64,000 nucleotides of DNA from Hypanus sabinus (Eukaryota), in assembly GCF_030144855.1 (NCBI RefSeq), contig NC_082730.1:3782001-3846000 (forward strand), in the 5' to 3' direction. Positions 37,369-50,999 of the stretch are shown here, piece after piece. The notes under the pieces were generated by a model that did no database searches, was not told the DNA's origin, and was given only the letters and a program-made list of their open reading frames with translations. The position numbers were made by a program, and so were the translations under genes. Numbering within the stretch: the stretch's first letter is position 1; each line of letters begins with the position of its first letter.

Positions 37369-40300
37369 ATTGCACCAATCACAGCAAGAGGTGGAGAGGG
37401 AAGAGGCAAAAGAAGCTCCCAGAGAAGCTTTTTTTTTAACTGTTCGTGGCAAAGAGGTTAGACTGCGCAGGCGCATGATGCAGTGCGCCAAAGGTGTAAA
37501 AAGAAAGACGCCATATACAGCGGCCATCATCGGAGTGGACTGAGGCAGAGGGGGTCAGCTTTGGCTCGATCGGGCCTTGGTAAGAACAGGCAGAGGTGAG
37601 GTTTGAACGGGGCACGACTGCACAAGCACGTGAAAGTCAGCCTCTGAGATCAGCGGGGGAATATAAAAAAGCGAACAGAGGCTGAGGACGAGCTTCACTC
37701 CGGGTGAGGTAAGACCGGGTAAGCTCCTTTAATTAATTTAATTACCTTAGGAGTAGGTAATGGAGGCAGCAGTTAGGACTGTTGAGTGCTCGGTTTGCAG
37801 TATGTGGGAAGTCAGCGCGAGACAATTCTCCCTGATGACTACACCTGCGAAAGGTGCATCCAGCTGCAGCTCCTGACAAACCATGTCAGGGAACTGGAGC
37901 TAGAGCTGGATGAACTTCGGATCATTCGGGGGGCAGAGGCAGAAATAGACAGGAGTTTCAGGGAGATAGTCACCCCTAGGAGTCAGGAGACAGGTAGTTG
38001 GTGACTATCAGGGGAGGGAAGGGGGATAGACAGGAAGAGCACAGCACCCCTGTGGCCGTTCCCATCAACAATAAGTATACCGTTTTGGATACTGTTGGTG
38101 GGGACGACCTACCAGGGACAAGTTGCAGTGGTTGCATCTCTGGCACTGAGACTGAACCCTCAGCTCAGAAGGGAAAGAGGGAAAAGAGGACAACAGTAGT
38201 GATAGGGGATTCGATAGTTTGGGGGACAGATAAGAGGTTCTGTGGAAGAGATCGAGAATACCAGATGGTCTGTTGCCTCTCTGGTGCCAGGGTCTGTGAT
38301 ATCTCGGATCGAGTTCTCAGTATTCTCAAGAGGGAGGGTGAGCAGCTGGATGTCATGGTCCACGTAGGGACCAATGATGTGGGTAGGAAGAGTGAGAAGG
38401 TCCTGAAAGGTGAGTTTAGGGAGCTTGGTGCCAAGTTAAAGGACAGGACCTCCAGGATAGCAATCTCAGGATTGCTGCCAGTGCCACATGCAGGTGGGTT
38501 TAGAAATAGTAAGATAGCGCAGATCAACACGTGGCTGAAGACATGGTGCAGGAGGGAGGGCTTCAGATTTATAGATAACTGGGCAGTTTTCCAGGGAAGG
38601 TGGGACCTGTTCCGGCAGGACGGTTTACATCTGAACTGGAGGGGGACAAATATTCTTGCAGGTAGGTTTGCTAGAGAGGCTCCAGTGGATTTAAACTAGA
38701 TATAGGGGGGAGGGGAACCAGAGTGTAGGAACAGATGTATTGGAGAAGGAAGAAAAAGAAAACTGTAAAGTTCTTTGTACTGTTAGAGATAAACAGAGAG
38801 GAAGAGGTGGAGAGTTTCTTATATGCATTTATTTTAATACTATGAGCATTGTAAGAAAGGTGGATGAGCTTAGAGCATGGATTGATACCTGGAAATATGA
38901 TGTTGTAGCTATTAGTGAAACATGGTTGTAGGAGGGGTGTGATTGGCAACTAAATATTCCTGGATTTCGTTGCTTCAGGTGTGATAGAATCGGAGGGGCA
39001 AGAGGGGGAGGTGTTGCGTTGCTTGTCAGAGAAAATATTACAGCAGTGCTCTGGCAGGATAGATTAGCGGGCTTGTCTAGGGAGACTATTTGGGTGGAAT
39101 TGAGGAATGGAAAAGGAGTAGTAACACTTATAGGGGTGTATTATAGACCACATAATGGGGAGCAAAAATTGGAGGAGCAAATTTGCAAGGAGATAGCAGA
39201 TATTTGTAGTAAGCACAAGGTTGTGATTGTGGGAGATTTTAATTTTCCACACATAGACTGGGAAGCCCATACCGTAAAAGGGATGGATGGTTTGAAGTTT
39301 GTAAAATGTGTGCAGGATAGTTTTTTGCAGCAATACATAGAGGTACCAACTAAAGAAGGGGCAGTGTTGGATCTCCTGTTAGTGAATGAGATAGGTCAGG
39401 TGACAGAGGTATGTGTGGGGGAGAACTTCAGGTCTAGTGATTACAATGCCATTAGTTTCAATATAATTATGGAGAAGGATAAGACTGGACCCAGGGTTGA
39501 GATTTTTGATTGGTGAAAGGCTAACTTTGAGGAGATGCAAAAGGATTTAGAAGGAGTGGATTGGAACAATTTGTTATATGGGAAGGATATAATAGAGAAA
39601 CGGCAGTCATTTAAAGGTGAAATTCTGAGGGTACAGAATCTTTATGTTCCTGTTACATTGAAAGGAAAGGTTAAAAGTTTGAGAGAGCTATGGTTTTCAA
39701 GAGATATTGGAAACTTGGTTCGGAAAAAGAGAGATATCTACAATAAATATAGGCAGCATGGTGTAAATGAGGTGCTCAAGGAATATAAAGAAAGTAAGAA
39801 GCATCTTAAGAAAGAAATTAGAAAAGCTAAAAGAAGATACGAGTTTGCTTTGGCGAGTAAGATGAAAATAAGGGTTTCTACAGTTATATTAATAGCAAAA
39901 GGTTAGTGAGGGATAAAATTGGTCCCTTAGAGAATCAGAATGGACAGCTATATGTGGAGCCGAAATAGATGGTGGAGATTTTGAACAATTTCTTTTCTTT
40001 GGTATTCACTAAAAAGGATATTGAATTGTGTAAGGTAAGGGAAACAAGTAGGGAAGTTATGGTAACTATGATGATTAAAGAGGAGGAAGTACTGGCGATT
40101 GAAGCAACATAAAAGTGGATAAATCTCCAGTTCCTGACAGGATATTCCCTAGGACCTTGAGGGAGGTTAGTTTAGAAATAGCAGGGGCTCTGACAGAAAT
40201 ATTTCAAATGTCATTAGAAGCAGGGATGGTGCCAAAGGATTGGGTATTGCTCATGTGGTTCCATTGTTTAAAAAGTGTTCTAAGAATAAACCTAGCAATT

Positions 40301-41686
40301 ATAGGCCTGTCAGTTTAACGTCAATGGTAGGTATATTAATGGAAAGTATTCTTCGAGATGGTATATATAATTACCAGGATAGACAGGGCCTGATTAGGAA
40401 CAGTCAACATGGATTTGTGCATGGAAGGTCATGTTTGACAAATCTTATTGAATTTTTTTGTAGAGGTTACTAGGAAAGTTGATGAGGGTAAAGCAGTCGA
40501 AGTTGTCTATATGGACTTCAGTAAGGCCTTTGACAAGGTTCCACATGGAAGGTTAATTAGGAAGGTTCAATCATTAGGTATTAATATTGAAGTAGTGGAA
40601 TGGATTCAACAGTGGCTAGCTGGGAGATGCCAGAGAGTAGTGGTGGATAACTGTTTGTCAGGTTGAAGGCCGGTGACGAGTGGTGTGCCTCAGGGATCTG
40701 TACTGGGTCCAATGTTGTTTGTCATATACATTAATAATCTGGATGATGGGGTGGTAAATTGGATTAGTAAGTATGCAGATGATACTAAGGTAACTGACGT
40801 TGTGGATAATGAAGTAGGTTTTCAAAGTTTGCAGAGAGATTTATTCCAGTTAGCAGAGTGGGCTGAGTGATGGAGTTTAATGCTGATAAGTGTGAGGTGC
40901 TACATGTTGGTAAGGAATAATCCAAATAGGACATACATGGTAAATGGTAGGGCATTGAAGAATGCAGTAGAACAGAGTGATCTAGGAATAAACGTGCATA
41001 GTTCACTGAAGGTGGAATCTCATGTGGATAGGGTGGTGAAGAAAGCTTCTGGTGTGCTGGCCTTTATAAATCAGAGCATTGAGTATAGGAGTTGGGATGT
41101 AATGTTAAAATTGTACAAGGCATTGGTAAGGCCAAATTTGGAGTATTGTGTACAGTTCTGGTCACCGAATTATAGGAAGGATGTCAACAACATAAAGAGA
41201 GTACAGAGAAGATTTACTAGAATGTTACTTGGGTTTCAGTGCCTAAGTTACAGGGAAAAATTGAACAAGTTAGGTCTTTATTCTTTGGAGCGTAGAAGGT
41301 TGAGGGGGGACTTGATAGAGGTATTTATTTATGAGGGGGATAGATAGAGTTCATGTGGATAGGCTTTTTCCATTGAGAGTAGGGAAGATTCAAATAAGAG
41401 GACATGAATTGAGACTTAGGGGGCAAAAGTTTAAGGGTAACACGAGGGGGAATTTCTTTACTCAGAGAGTGGTAGCTGTGTGGAATGAGTTTCCAGCAGA
41501 AGTGGTAGAGGCAGGTTCGGTATTGTCATTTAAAGTAAAAATTGGATAGGTATATGGACAGGAAAGGTATGGAGGGTTATGGGCTGAGTGCAGGTAGGTG
41601 GGACTAGGTGAGTGTAAGTGTTCCGCACGGACTAGAAGGGCCGAGATGGCCTGTTTCCGTGCTGTAATTGTTATATGGTTATATGG
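37369..41686 (+). mobile_element. Near full-length CR1 LINE (ORF1 zinc finger/zipper/SGNH esterase; ORF2 APE-RT), disrupted
   Basis: ORF1 runs from ATG 37760 (..YTCERCIQLQLL..ELELELDELR; GDSIV, GTNDV, DGLHLN). ORF2 has [24 protein letters not shown] and [15 protein letters not shown], then a (ttatatgg) tail. It is inserted into an older CR1 3' fragment (37300-37368 and 41687-41870). Confidence 0.95.
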
Positions 41687-42843
41687 CAGCTGTGGAGGCC
41701 AAGTCTTTATATATATTTAAGGCAGAGTTGATAGATTCTTGATTGGGCAGGGCATGAAGGAAAAACGGGGAAGGCAGGAGACTGTGGCTGAGAGCGAAAT
41801 AGATCAGCCATGATGAAATGGTGGAACAGATTCGATGGGCAAAATGGCCTAATTCTGCTCTTATGATCATTGATGACACAATGATAAATCCAATATGGAA
41901 TCTAGAAGAAAATCACTTCCCCATGGAGCTTTGGGAATGTGGGATTTGTTCCCTCTGAGGTTAGCCCTGCTGAACCGCACTGAGGGCTTTAGAGGTAACA
42001 GGATAAACACACAAGGGACAGGAGTACAGGAAGATTCCTATAATGTGGGTGAGCCTGTACCCCAGCTCTGTACCCCTTGATCCTGTACCCCAGCTCTGAC
42101 CCCAGTGAGTGAGAAAAGGCTTGATGGGCTGAATGGCCTCCTCTTGGCCTTATTTCCCATGTTCTGATGTACTTCATATAATAGTTAACCCTGGGATGGA
42201 TAAGGTTTCTCAGCTGGGCATTGCTGAGTGAGATTATTGTGATTATGATTTTACTGTTCGAGTGAGTCAGGAACCATATTGCTGTGTGTGAGTGTGCTGT
42301 TGTGTCTGTGTACTGTGTCACTCACTGGGACACTATATTCAGTGTAATGAATACACAGGGTCTCACTCAGCACAGCACAGCATGAACGCTGAGGAATAAA
42401 CACCTTGCTGAGCTCAGACCTCAGTCTGGGGAATTAACAAGCAGTGTCCCAGGAAACAGATGGGATAACTGGGATCCCTGAACATGACAGACCAGGCCTT
42501 TGACCTGGGGTAGAGTGTGTAACTGTGACCCACAGATACAGACTGTTCAGCCCATTCACATCAGCCTTTTCCACCCCATCAGTTTATCTCCCATTCCCCT
42601 GCTCCACATGTGCTCAGCTCCTTGAGGTTTTGGATACACGAGGTCCCCCATTGATTATACAAACTTCACGCCTCCTGGTTCAGTCTCCGGGAATGTGGTG
42701 AGTGTGTCCCCAGACTGACACTGACTCAGCCTCACTACACTGGGACCGTGAGCCCAGCTCTGGATATGGGCCGTCCATGGGGTTCAGTAAACAGGGGAAC
42801 GCACAGGATTTGCCCTCACCCAATAAATAGATGTCTCACTCAC

Positions 42844-43164
42844 CGTACACCTCCAGTCGCACTGTTGAATAAGTCTCTTCTCTCGGATGTGTTCTTATGG
42901 TCATCTCGTAATCACCAGCATCTCCTGCTCGTAGATTACGGATTAACAGACTGCAGTCCATGAGGAAAAGAGTCATTCGTCGCTTGTCCTCAACAGTACC
43001 GAAGTATTCAAAACCATTTTCCGAGTACTTCACAATCCTTATTCGGGGTGATACTCGGCTCCATTCAATCTCAGTAAAGTTCCATTGAATTGAAATCCCA
43101 AAAGATAGCCAGGCCATTTGGCCCTGAGCTCCATACACAGTAGGAGGGGAAACCCCAGTACTTG
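42844..43164 (-). CDS. Gene B: CD2/SLAM-family IgV exon (phase 1-1, 321 bp)
   Basis: Acceptor ttgtctcctcAG at 43166-43165 and donor GTgagt at 42843. Frame SSTGVSPPTVYGAQG...EIEWSRV...SLLIRNLRAGDAGDYEM...TVRLEVY is open. It has the same length as the gene A V exon and 55/107 identical residues (manual count). Confidence 0.9.
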
Positions 43165-44199
43165 CTGAGGAGACAAATGGAAATGGTCAGTAGGGAGTTC
43201 AACAACTGGAGGAGGAATCAGAGGTGTGAAATCACCATTTTCGGAGCAGGCCATGTGGCTTATCTTGCAGTGAGGGAGCCGGTGCCCTGTCCCTTCATCA
43301 CACAGAGAGCCCAAGGGGGGAGCAGTGTGAAGACTCTTTGCACCTGGCCCTGAGGAAGGGAGTTGAAACTTGCAGCAGGTGAACATGAGGGCACAGACGT
43401 GGAAAATGGGACCCAGGAGGTAAGTGCAAGGGATTGTGAGTGCTCTTAAGATAAAAGACAGCTTACAGTTCTTCACTGATACAGTATTGTGCAAAAGTCT
43501 TGGGCACATATGTAAATACAGCTCGGGTGCCTAAATCTTTTGCACAGTACTGTAGTAATTTTCTTTATTGCCCTGTACTGCAGTTGCAAAACAAAATCAT
43601 GACATTTGTGAGTGATGATAAACCTGATTCTAATATGGCTCTCTATTGTGGGCAGGGAGAGGGAGGGGAGGGAGGGGGAAGCACCAAAGAGGCATTCTGT
43701 AATGATCAGTAAATCAATTGTTTGGAATCCAGTGACTTTGCCCGGTGTCTCAGGGCTGGGTGTAGCTGTGCCCGCACCACCCACCACCCCTGGTACCACT
43801 TCTCTGCCACCTTTCCACACCCTCCCACAGCACGCCACCCTCACCATTCCCAACATCCTTTGCTCCTACCAGATTTACAAACTCGCTTTCCGCTCCACAT
43901 TGACAAATGCAGTACTGTGCATCCTAGCTATAGATATGTGTCTAAGACTTTTGCACAGTACGGTATATTGTTAGGAAAATAATCCTCTCTCCAGAATGAC
44001 TAAACATCAGAAGAGATGCATTCATTTTAAAGGCAAAAAGATCACACTTTCCTGGAGTAATGAGGCTGTAATAAGTTAGACAGGATAAAAATGCTTTTGT
44101 TTTTTATTCTGTATTCCAGACAACACTGGAAGTTGGAAATTTGCCAGTTTATACCTCTTTGTGATTTGTCTTTGTGTCTTCTTCCGCAGATCAATGCTT

Positions 44200-46345
44200 T
44201 TTTCTTTCTGCCTTCTACCCTAAAGAGAAGGTGCAGAGAGCCTGAAGAGCAAGGCTCCAGAGATCAAGACAGCCAAGAGGTGGTCACGGGAGTCTGAGGA
44301 GTGCTTACAAAATTATCTTGAGTCAGTGGACTTGGCCGTGTTCAAGAACTCATCTGAAGACCTGAACGATTACTCCAGGGTTGTTACAGACTTTATTAAA
44401 ACAACTGAGGATGAGTGTGTCTCCATGAAATCATTCAGGATTTTCCCCAATCAGAAGCCCTGGATGAATAATGACATCCAGAACCTGCTGAGAGCCAGAT
44501 CAGAGGCAGTCAAGTCTGGAGATCAAGAATGCTACAAAAGGTGCAGGTATGATCTCTAAAAAGCAATCTCTCAGACAAAGTGGAGATTCTGGACTAGCCT
44601 GGAATCAATGTGAATGCTCAACAGCTGTGGCAGGGCTTGAATGCTATAACCTCCTACAAAGCTAAATCTTGCAACATAGGGGACAGCTGAGCTTTGTTTC
44701 CAGCTGAGCTCAATGCCTTCTATACTCGCTTTGATCACCAGCACAGGGAGGAACCATCTCCTGATGATCTTTTGGTTTCAGTATCTGAAGATAACGTGTG
44801 GACTGCCTTCAAGAAAGTGAATCCAAGGAAAGCATCCGAGCTGGATGGAGTACCTGGCCGCGTACTGAAGACCTGTGCTGACCAACAGGCTGGTGTATTC
44901 ACGGATATCTCTCACTCCAGCAGTGTGTGACATCCAACTGCTTCAAGCAGGCTTCAATCATACTGATACCCAAGAAGTGTGTGGTAACCTGTCTAAGTGA
45001 CTATCGCCTAATAGCACTGACATCCACAGTGATAAAGTGTTTTGAAAACTGGAGTTGAAGGATATCAGCTCCTGTCTGAATCGTGACTTGAATCTTCTCC
45101 AGTTCACCTACCAAAGCAACAGGTCTACAGCAGATGATATCTCATTGGCTCTTCACACAACCTAGGAACATCTGGACAGCAAAGATGTGTACATCAAGAT
45201 GCTCTTTATCGAATACAGCTCAGCATGTAACACCATCATCCCCTCAAAACTGATCAGTAATCTCCAAAACCCGAACGTCAATACTGCTTGTGTAATTGGA
45301 TCTTGGATTTCCTCACTTGCAGACCCCACTCAGTTCGGATTAGCAAAAACATCTCCTCCACAATCCCCATCAGCACAGGAGCACCACAGGGATGTGTACT
45401 TAGCCCCCTGCTCTACGCGCTTTTCACCTGTGACTGTGTGGCTAAGTACACCTCCAAAACCATATCCAAGTTTGCTGACGAGACCACTCTTGTGGGCTGT
45501 TTCAAAGGGAGTGATGAATCAGCATACAGGCAGGAGATTAAAAACTTGGCTGACTGGTGTAATAACAACAACCTCTCACTCAACGCCAACACGACCAAGA
45601 AACTGATTGTAGACTTCAGGAGAGGGAACCAGAGTTCCATCAGCCAGTAGTCATCAGAGGATCAGAGGTGGTGAGGGTCAGTAACTTTAAATTCATGGGT
45701 GTCACTATCTCAGAGGATCTGACCTGGACCCATCAAATAAATGTTTTTATGAAGAAAGCACAACAGCACCTCAACTTCCTCAGGAATCTGCAGAGTTTCC
45801 AAGAACCTGACAAACTTCTATGGATTTGTGGTGGGAAGTGTGCTGACTGGCTGCACTATGGCCTGGTGTGGGAACACCAATGCCTCTGAGCAGAAAACCC
45901 TACAAAAGGTAATGAATTGGCCCAGTACATCACTGGTAAAAGCTTCCCGATCATTGAGCACATCTACATGAAGCATTGCCATAGAAAAACAAATTCATCA
46001 TCAAAGATCCTCACCACCCAGGCCATGCACGTTTCTCTCTGCTGTGATCAGGTAGAACCTACAGGTGCCTTTGGACTCGCACCTCCATGTTCACAAACAG
46101 TTTCTACCCTCAACCATCAGGCTCTTGAACAAAAGGGGTTAGTTATACTCATTTAAAGATTCTGTTATATTGTCATTTCATGCAGGTTATTTATTGCTAT
46201 TTATTTATTTCTACATTTGCACTGTTTGCTTGCATTTAACAGTTCCTGATGTTTATAGTTTACAGTTACTGTTCTATAGATTTGCTAAGTCTGGCCATCA
46301 GATAAAAGAATCTCAAGGTTGTATATGGTAATATGTATGTACTTT
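44200..46345 (+). mobile_element. Rex1/Babar LINE, 5'-truncated
   Basis: Contains [49 protein letters not shown] and FADE, followed by a 3' UTR. Confidence 0.85.
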
Positions 46346-46359
46346 GATAGAAACATAGA

Positions 46360-47960
46360 ACACATACAGCACAATACAGGCCCTGCAGCTCACAAAGCTC
46401 TGTCGAACATGTCCCTACCTTAGAACTACCTAGGCTTTACCCATAGCCCTCTATTTTTCTAAACTCCATGACATCTGACATGGAGCCCTGACATCTCCTC
46501 AGTACCTACTTCCAAGCACCTTAAAACTATGCCCTCTCATGTTAGCCATTTCAGCCCTGGGAAAAAGCCTCTGACTATCTACATGACCAGTGCCTCTCAT
46601 TATCTTGTACACCTTTATCAGAACACCTCTTATCCTCCGTTGCTCCAAGGAGAAAATGCCAAGTTCACTCAACCTATTCTTATAAGGTATGCTCCCCAAT
46701 CCAGGAAACAGCCTTGTAAATCTCCTGTGTACCCTTTCTAAAGTTTCCATAGTTGATAATAAATTTGACTTTGAACTTCAAACCCATTTGCCCTCAGTGG
46801 GAAAGCTTTGTAAGACAACCTGTCTGAATACAACTGTGATATTTTCCTGTATAGATGGGTACGTGATTGTCCGTGAGAATGTGCTGAGCTGAAGGTCTCT
46901 GTCCACGCTGCCCTAGATCCTTGCCTCAGTTTCTTTAGATGTCTGTCCAGGGCTCTGTCCCTGTGCTTGGGGCAATCAGTCCTCCCTGGCTATTCTGTGC
47001 AGACCCCTACCCTCACCACCTTACACCTGCCCCATTGCCTCTGCTTTCCCTCCCCCATTCCAGGACAGATAGTCCCAAAATTAAATTAAATAAGTTATGC
47101 TTTCTATTTGCTCTCTTTTGCACTACAGTACTTACTTAATTTAATATTTTGTATTGTAATTTATAATTTGTTTAAGTATTGCAGTTTTGCAACATTCCAG
47201 TAGTAAATGTCTACAACATTTTTGCACCTTTGTGGCAGATCAGGCAACATTTTTTGCCATTTCATTTGCATTTGTCTCCTCTCATCCTCCTCTACAAAGA
47301 GTAAAGTCCTATCTCCCTTAATCTCTGATCATAATCCACACTCTCTAAACCAGGCAGCATCCTGGTAAATCTCTTCTGTACCCTTTCCAATGCTTCCACA
47401 TCCTTCCTATACTGAGGCGACCAGAACTGGACACAGTCCTCCAAGTGTGGCTTAACTAGAGTTTCATAGAGCTGCATCATTACATCACATCTCTTAAACT
47501 CTATCTCTCGACTTATGAAAGCTAACACCCCATAAGCTTTCTTAACTACCCTATCTACCTGTGAGGCAACTTTCAGGGATCTGTGGACATGTACCCCCAG
47601 ATCCCTCTGCTCCTCCACACTACCAAGTAACCTGCCATTTACTTTGTACTCTGCCTTGGAGTTTGTCCTTCCAAAGTGTACCACCTCCCACTTCTCTGGG
47701 TTGAACTCCATCTGCCACTTCTCAGCCCACTTCTGCATCCTATCAATGTCTCTCTGCAATCTTCGACAATCCTCTACACTATCTACAACACCACCAACTG
47801 CGTCGTCTGCAAACTTGCCAACCCACCCTTCTACCCCTACATCCAGGTCATTAATAAAAATCACAAAAAGTAGAGGTCTCAGAACAAATCCTTGAGGGGC
47901 ACCACTAGTCACAACCCTCCAATCTGAATGTACTCCCTCAACCACGACCCTCTGCCTTCT
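46360..47960 (-). mobile_element. CR1 RT 3' fragments (46360-46760 and 47290-47960)
   Basis: Contains VTSGAPQGFVLRPLLFVIFINDLD..KFADD..LVKPHLEDCVQFWSP and LERVHRRFTRLFPG. Confidence 0.8.
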
Positions 47961-48056
47961 GCAGGCATGGATGGAAAGTGTGCCGGATTCAAACCCTGGA
48001 CCATTGGTCTCAAAGTCTGGTACTGATACCACTACACCACCAGCTGGCTGTACCAT
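47960..48056 (-). mobile_element. tRNA-derived SINE head
   Basis: Minus strand has an A-box TGGTGTAGTGG and a B-box GGTTTGAATCC but no complete cloverleaf. Confidence 0.55.
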
Positions 48057-48558
48057 AGTCAGCGACGATAAAACTGACTCTGAATCAGTTCTGCCCCCCC
48101 ACTACATTTGCTGATAGACAACAGTTGATGGGAGGAAGAGGCTCCATGAACGGCCCCACTCTCACTGACGGTGGGACCCAGCTCGTGAGTGCTGGAGACA
48201 AAGTTGATCATTCACATTTGTGCTCAGACAGAAGTGCTGAGTGGATGATCTCCCTTGACTCCACTTGCCGCATCTCTGCCCAGGTGACCAGACCAGCTCC
48301 AGCTTCCTGTGGATCGTAGCTGTGCTTTTCACTGCTGTCCATGCGGACACTGTGCACCATCTGGAAATGTCTTAACCCGGAGTTCCTGTCCAGTGGTGAA
48401 CTGGTGTCAGTGTGCAGTGATCTCGTTCTGACAGGATAAGTGGGTAGTGAAACGTGGCATCAAATCGTGGCAGGAAGTGGGAGAGGATCAGAACTTCTCT
48501 GGTAAGCAGAAAGGGGAGAGACGTGTGAAGTGGAGAAAGGAGCTGGGATGCCAATATA

Positions 48559-48910
48559 NNNNNNNNNNNNNNNNNNNNNNNNNNNNNNNNNNNNNNNNNN
48601 NNNNNNNNNNNNNNNNNNNNNNNNNNNNNNNNNNNNNNNNNNNNNNNNNNNNNNNNNNNNNNNNNNNNNNNNNNNNNNNNNNNNNNNNNNNNNNNNNNNN
48701 NNNNNNNNNNNNNNNNNNNNNNNNNNNNNNNNNNNNNNNNNNNNNNNNNNNNNNNNNNNNNNNNNNNNNNNNNNNNNNNNNNNNNNNNNNNNNNNNNNNN
48801 NNNNNNNNNNNNNNNNNNNNNNNNNNNNNNNNNNNNNNNNNNNNNNNNNNNNNNNNNNNNNNNNNNNNNNNNNNNNNNNNNNNNNNNNNNNNNNNNNNNN
48901 NNNNNNNNNN
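48559..48910. other. Assembly gap (352 N)
   Basis: Run of N. Confidence 1.
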
Positions 48911-50940
48911 ACACACAGTCGCACAGACACATACACACACACACACTCAAAACACACACACACACAAACAGACGCACACAGATGCACATAGACACACACA
49001 CAAAACACACAGAGACACACATACACACACAAAAATATACACACGCACACAGACACATGCAAAACCTAAACACACAACCTAAAAACATACATACACTGCA
49101 CACATAACACACAGAGAGCACACCGACAGCACACACATATACACACTCCCCCCTCTCTCTCCATCTCTGTCTCCACTGCTCTCTCTCTCCCCCTCTCTCC
49201 CCATCCCTCTCTCTCCCTCTCCCCCTCCCTCTCTCCCTTCTCCCTTTCTCCCTCTCTCTCCATCTCCATCTCCTCCTCCCTCTCCCTCTTTCCCTCACTC
49301 TCACTTTCTACCCATCACTCCCCTCTCCCTCTCATTCTCTTTCTAACCCTCACACCCCTCTCCCTCTCATTCCCTTTATCCCTTACTCTCTCTTCTCTCT
49401 CCCTCCCCTTCCTTTCTCCCCTCTCTCTCTGCCTCCCCGTCTCTCCCTTTTCCTCTCTCTCACATTATCTTTCCCTATCCTTTTCCCTCTGCCTCTCTCT
49501 GAACCTCTCCCTCTCCCTCGCTCCCACCCTCTCACTCTTTCCCCACCCCTCCCACTTCCATTTGATCTATTTTTCTGTTTCTCTCCCCATCCCTCCCTCT
49601 CACTCTCTCTGTCTCTCTTCCTCCCTCTCCCTCTCCCCCTCACTCTCTCTCACCTCCTCTCTCTCCCTGCCTCTCCCTCTTCCTCCCTCCCACTCCCTCT
49701 CTCTGTCTCTCTTCCTCCCTCCCCCTCTCCCCCTCACTCTCTCACCCCCTCTCTCTCCCCGCCTCTCCCTCTTCCTACCTGCCTCTCCCTCCCTCTCCCT
49801 CTTGTTATCTCTCTCTTTCTCTCTCCCTCTTTCCCTCCCTCTCTCTTCCACTCCACCTCCCTAGCCTATCCCTCTCGCTCTGTCTCCTTCTCTCGCTCCC
49901 ATTCCTTCACTCCCCTCACTTTACCCTCTCTCTCTTTCCCTCTCCCCCTCCCTCTCCAATTACCTCTCCCTCAGCCTTTACTTCACTCTCTCTTCCTATG
50001 CCACTCCCTTTCCCCTCCCTCTCCCTCTCTCCCACATTCTCACTTTCTCCCTCTCCCTCCCCTCTCCTCCAACCTCTACCCCTCCCTGTGCCTCTGACTC
50101 CCTCTCCCTTTCGCTCTCTCCTTCTCTCTCTCTCTCTTGCTCCCCCTCACACTCTCCCTCTCCCACCCTCATCCCCTCCCTCATGTCCTCTCTCTCACTC
50201 TCCCTTTCCCTTTCCTTCTCCCTGTTTTTCTCTCACCCTCTCCCTCTTTTTCTCCCTCGCCTCCCCCCTCTCCCTCTCCTTTGCTTCCAGTCCCTGTCCC
50301 CCTCCCTCTACCCCCTCTCTATGGCTCTCCCTCTCCCTTTCCCTCTCTCCCTTCCCTCTACCTCTCCCTCTGTATGTCTTTCTCTCTCCCCCTCTTTCTC
50401 TCTTTCTGTTACTCTCTCCTTCTTGCAATTCCTCTCCATCTCACTCATTTTCCCTCTCCCTCACACTCTCACTCTCATTCGATCTCACTCTCTCTTCCTC
50501 TCTCTGTCTCCCTCTCACTCTAGCTTCTCCCTCTAATTCTTCCTCTCCCTCTCTCTATCCCCCCTCCCTCATGCTCTCTTTTCCCTCTAACCCTCCCTCT
50601 CTCTCTCTCTCACTCTCTCCCTCTCACTCTGTCTCTCACTGTCTCCCTTTTCTCACTCTCTCGTTGTCTCCCTTTCTCTCTTGCTCACCCTCTGACTCCC
50701 TCTTCCTCTTTCTCTTTCTCTCCCTCTGCTTCTCCCACTCCCTCTCCCTCTTCCTCTTGCTCTCTCCATCTCTCTCTCCCCTTCTCCCTCCCCTCTCCCT
50801 CTCCTCGCTTCCTCTGTCTCTTCCCCATCCTTCTCACTCTCCCTCTCTTTCCCTTCCTCTCACTATCTCCCTCTCAATTTCTCTTTCCCTCCCTCACCCT
50901 CACTCACTTTCCCTCTCCTTCTCCCTCTCCCTCTGTGTCT
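48911..50940. repeat. (CA)n-like tract then a ~1.8-kb polypyrimidine (CT-rich) tract
   Basis: Directly visible; lies in gene B intron 1. Confidence 0.95.
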
Positions 50941-50999
50941 CACCCCTTGGTGTGCATGATCTGAGAGTGTCGAGGAAGCTTCACTCAGTATCTGACCCA

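Noticed and set aside
47960-48056. tRNA gene
   Set aside because: A and B boxes are present but there is no full cloverleaf, and it is fused to LINE sequence; best read as a SINE head.
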